Positions 61,033-64,000 of a DNA stretch of 64,000 nt are shown here, in pieces. The stretch covers positions 31,724 through 95,723 of the forward strand of contig JANQOE010000004.1 in assembly GCA_028279245.1 (NCBI GenBank), given 5' to 3'. The DNA comes from Alphaproteobacteria bacterium. Lineage in GTDB: Bacteria > Pseudomonadota > Alphaproteobacteria > UBA6615. The notes below the pieces were generated by a model. It worked only from the letters and a program-made list of their open reading frames with translations, was not told the DNA's origin and ran no database searches. The position numbers were made by a program, and so were the translations under genes. Positions within the stretch are counted from its first letter, which is position 1, and every line of letters starts with the position of its first letter.

Positions 61033-63465
61033 ATGAGCAGCCCTGCGTATATCCGCTGGTTTGCCGATTTGACGAACGAAGACGTGCCGCTGGTTGGCGG
61101 CAAGAATGCCTCGCTGGGCGAAATGTTCAGCGAACTCGCGCCGCTCGGCGTCCGCGTACCTGACGGCTTTGCGACGACGGCGGATGCCTACCGCGACATG
61201 CTGTCAGCCGACGGCACGGACCGGAAGCTGCTTGACCTGTTGTCCGGGCTCGACAAGAGCGATGTGCAGGCATTGGCCCGGGTCGGTATGAAGGCCCGCG
61301 AACTGGTGTATGCGGCCGGTCTGCCGGAGCAACTGCGCCACGAGATCGTTGCCGCCTACGGCCGGCTGGAACAGGAGTATGGCGAGGGTGTTTCCGTCGC
61401 GGTGCGGAGCTCGGCCACCGCCGAAGACCTGCCGACGGCCAGCTTTGCCGGCCAGCATGACACGTTCCTCAACGTGCACGGCGTCGAGATGCTGCTTGAT
61501 GCCTGCCGCCGCTGTTACGCCTCGCTGTATACGGACCGGGCGATCTCTTACCGGATCGACAAGGGCTTCGATCACGAGAAGGTGGCACTGTCGATCGGCG
61601 TGCAGAAGATGGTGCGCTCCGACCTGGCGTCGGCCGGGGTGATGTTCTCTATCGATACGGAGACTGGCTTCCCTGACGTCGTGTTCATCACCGGGGCCTA
61701 CGGGCTCGGCGAAAATGTCGTGCAGGGCGCCGTCGATGTCGACGAGTTCTATGTGCACAAGCCCACGTACCGGAAGGGACATCGGGCGGTATTGCGCCGC
61801 GTGCTGGGCGACAAGCAGCTCAAGATGGTGTTCAGCACCGGACGGACCCGGGAGCCGACGCGCAACATTCCGACGCCGAAGGCGGAGCGTGCACGCTTCT
61901 GCATCAATGATGAAGAGGTCGTCGAACTGGCGGATTATGCCATCAAGATCGAAGACCATTACAGCAAAGTCGCCGGCACCAATCGGCCGATGGATATCGA
62001 ATGGGCCAAGGATTTTTACGACGGTAAGCTCTACATCGTGCAGGCCCGCCCCGAGACCGTCGCTTCGCAACAGGAAGGCACGGTTCTCGAGAATTATGAG
62101 ATGCGGGGTAGTGGCGATGTGTTGGTTGCCGGCCGGGCCGTCGGGACCAAGGCGGCGCAAGGTCCGGCTCGCGTCATCGATAACGTGCATCACTTAAACG
62201 AGTTCAAGCCCGGCGAGGTGCTGGTCGCCGATACGACCACGCCGGACTGGGAGCCGGTCATGAAGACGGCGGCGGCGATTGTTACCAACCGGGGCGGCCG
62301 CACCTGCCATGCTGCGATCGTCTCGCGTGAACTTGGCATTCCGGCAATTGTCGGTGCCGAGCATGCGACCGAGGTGCTGCGCGGTAAGGGCATGGTCACG
62401 GCCTCCTGCGCGGAGGGTGACGTTGGCCGGGTCTATGACGGTGATGTGCCGTTCGAGATCGTGCGCACCGACCTGACCCAGGTTTCGCGGCCGGCCACCG
62501 AGATCATGATCAACCTGGGCAACCCGGAACTGGCGTTCAAGACCAGCTTCATACCGAACGATGGCGTCGGCTTGGCGCGGATGGAATTCATCATCAACGA
62601 GTACATCAAGATCCATCCGATGGCCTTGCTGCATCCGGAGAAGGTCGAGGATACCGCCGAGATGGCGCGGATCCACGCTTTGGTCGGCCAACACAACCGG
62701 CCCGCCGACTTCTTCGTCGAACGGCTTTCGGAGGGTGTTGGCACCATTGCCGCGGCGTTCTATCCGAAGCCCGTCGTGGTCCGGCTGTCGGACTTCAAGA
62801 CCAACGAGTATGCGGCGTTGATCGGCGGCAAGCCGTTCGAGCCGATCGAAGCCAACCCGATGATCGGCTTCCGTGGCGCCTCACGCTACGCCCACCCGGC
62901 CTATCAGGAAGGCTTCGCGCTGGAATGTGCGGCGATGAAACGGGTGCGGGACGAAATGGGTCTGACCAACCTGATCCTGATGATCCCGTTCGTGCGGACG
63001 ACGACCGAGGGCGAGAAGGTGCTCGGCGTGATGGCGGAACATGGCCTTGTGCGCGGCGAAAACGGGCTCAAGGTCTATGTGATGTGCGAGATCCCGAACA
63101 ACGTGGTGCAGGTCGACAAGTTTATGGAGATGTTCGACGGTCTGTCGATCGGCTCCAACGACCTGACCCAGCTTACCCTCGGAATCGATCGGGACTCCGA
63201 AATGGTGGCGTTCGAATTCGATGAGCGCGACCCCGGCGTTTACGAGATGCTGCGGCTGGCGGTGGAAGGCGCGAAGCGCAAGGGCCGGCATTCGGGCATT
63301 TGCGGTCAGGCGCCGTCCGACTATCCCGAGGTGGCGCAGTACTTGGTCGAACTCGGCATCGACTCCGTCAGTCTGACGCCGGACAGTGTGCTGAAGACGA
63401 TGGCGGCGATCCAAGAGATCGAGAGCCAGCAAGGACGTGCCCCGCGCGCAATGGCCGCGGACTAG
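61033..63465 (+). CDS. ppsA: Phosphoenolpyruvate synthase
   Basis: MSSPAYIRWFADLTNEDVPLVGGKNASLGEM, phospho-His domain (GGRTCHAAIVSRELGIPAIVG), PEP-utilising TIM barrel; start at internal Met. Confidence 0.9.
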   Translation: MSSPAYIRWFADLTNEDVPLVGGKNASLGEMFSELAPLGVRVPDGFATTADAYRDMLSADGTDRKLLDLLSGLDKSDVQALARVGMKARELVYAAGLPEQLRHEIVAAYGRLEQEYGEGVSVAVRSSATAEDLPTASFAGQHDTFLNVHGVEMLLDACRRCYASLYTDRAISYRIDKGFDHEKVALSIGVQKMVRSDLASAGVMFSIDTETGFPDVVFITGAYGLGENVVQGAVDVDEFYVHKPTYRKGHRAVLRRVLGDKQLKMVFSTGRTREPTRNIPTPKAERARFCINDEEVVELADYAIKIEDHYSKVAGTNRPMDIEWAKDFYDGKLYIVQARPETVASQQEGTVLENYEMRGSGDVLVAGRAVGTKAAQGPARVIDNVHHLNEFKPGEVLVADTTTPDWEPVMKTAAAIVTNRGGRTCHAAIVSRELGIPAIVGAEHATEVLRGKGMVTASCAEGDVGRVYDGDVPFEIVRTDLTQVSRPATEIMINLGNPELAFKTSFIPNDGVGLARMEFIINEYIKIHPMALLHPEKVEDTAEMARIHALVGQHNRPADFFVERLSEGVGTIAAAFYPKPVVVRLSDFKTNEYAALIGGKPFEPIEANPMIGFRGASRYAHPAYQEGFALECAAMKRVRDEMGLTNLILMIPFVRTTTEGEKVLGVMAEHGLVRGENGLKVYVMCEIPNNVVQVDKFMEMFDGLSIGSNDLTQLTLGIDRDSEMVAFEFDERDPGVYEMLRLAVEGAKRKGRHSGICGQAPSDYPEVAQYLVELGIDSVSLTPDSVLKTMAAIQEIESQQGRAPRAMAAD

Positions 63466-63512
63466 GTTTTGCGCACCGGGGGCGGGGCGGATTGCCCCGC
63501 CGGTGCGGTTAG

Positions 63513-64000
<488 letters not shown>

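Noticed and set aside
61204-62193. 329-aa minus-strand ORF inside ppsA; also 59994-60896 plus-strand ORF over TauE
   Set aside because: Antisense or alternative-frame shadows of well-supported genes.

Overview
High-GC (~64%) alphaproteobacterial chromosomal window with strong gene-order conservation (likely Rhodospirillales-like; taxonomy is an inference from protein motifs and operon order only). No rRNA or tRNA genes, CRISPR arrays, transposases or integrases were found.

Conserved blocks called from protein motifs:
- yicC-gmk, then convergent rsmA(ksgA)-pdxA-surA-lptD and lptG-lptF (minus strand).
- pepA-holC (GTGA overlap), a uup-like ABC-F ATPase, ndk, purM-purN.
- A DUF2066 / AI-2E-transporter / hda cluster, ppk1, rnd, aspS.
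- A lower-GC patch holding a delta-9 desaturase and a DUF427 gene, then a 2-hydroxyacid dehydrogenase, an EipB-like periplasmic protein, dinB, nagK, a patatin-like phospholipase.
- The Caulobacter-type divK-pleD cell-cycle operon, with an unlisted rpmG (L33) overlapping the pleD 3' end.
- ctpA-rnr-topA-dprA-plsY-pyrC-pyrB, ruvX, an OmpR-type regulator convergent with a 1099-aa PAS-rich hybrid histidine kinase preceded by a PhnD-like binding protein.
- gatC-gatA, a SpeH-like small ORF, gatB, DUF2269, a saccharopine-dehydrogenase-like protein, a class III nucleotidyl cyclase, TauE, ppsA and a 3'-truncated ldh.

Most unusual locus: at 46448-47719 there is a cleanly N-terminally truncated threonyl-tRNA synthetase paralog, keeping only the catalytic and anticodon-binding domains and lacking the TGS and editing domains. 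It sits between pyrB and ruvX. It is preceded by a 25-codon leader ORF whose codons 8-15 are Thr-Thr-Thr-Ala-Thr-Thr-Thr-Thr, followed by a strong intrinsic terminator hairpin. Together these suggest a threonine-codon transcription attenuator controlling an editing-defective ThrRS.

Other points of interest:
- A SpeH-fold ORF translationally coupled to gatA.
- A minus-strand terminator, possibly of a small RNA, in the AT-rich gatA-gatB spacer.
- A degenerate EAL-like protein beside a histidine kinase and response regulator.
- A C4 zinc ribbon N-terminal to dinB.
- purM without a canonical start codon.

Many long ORFs in the six-frame track are antisense or shadow ORFs of real genes, as expected at this GC content.
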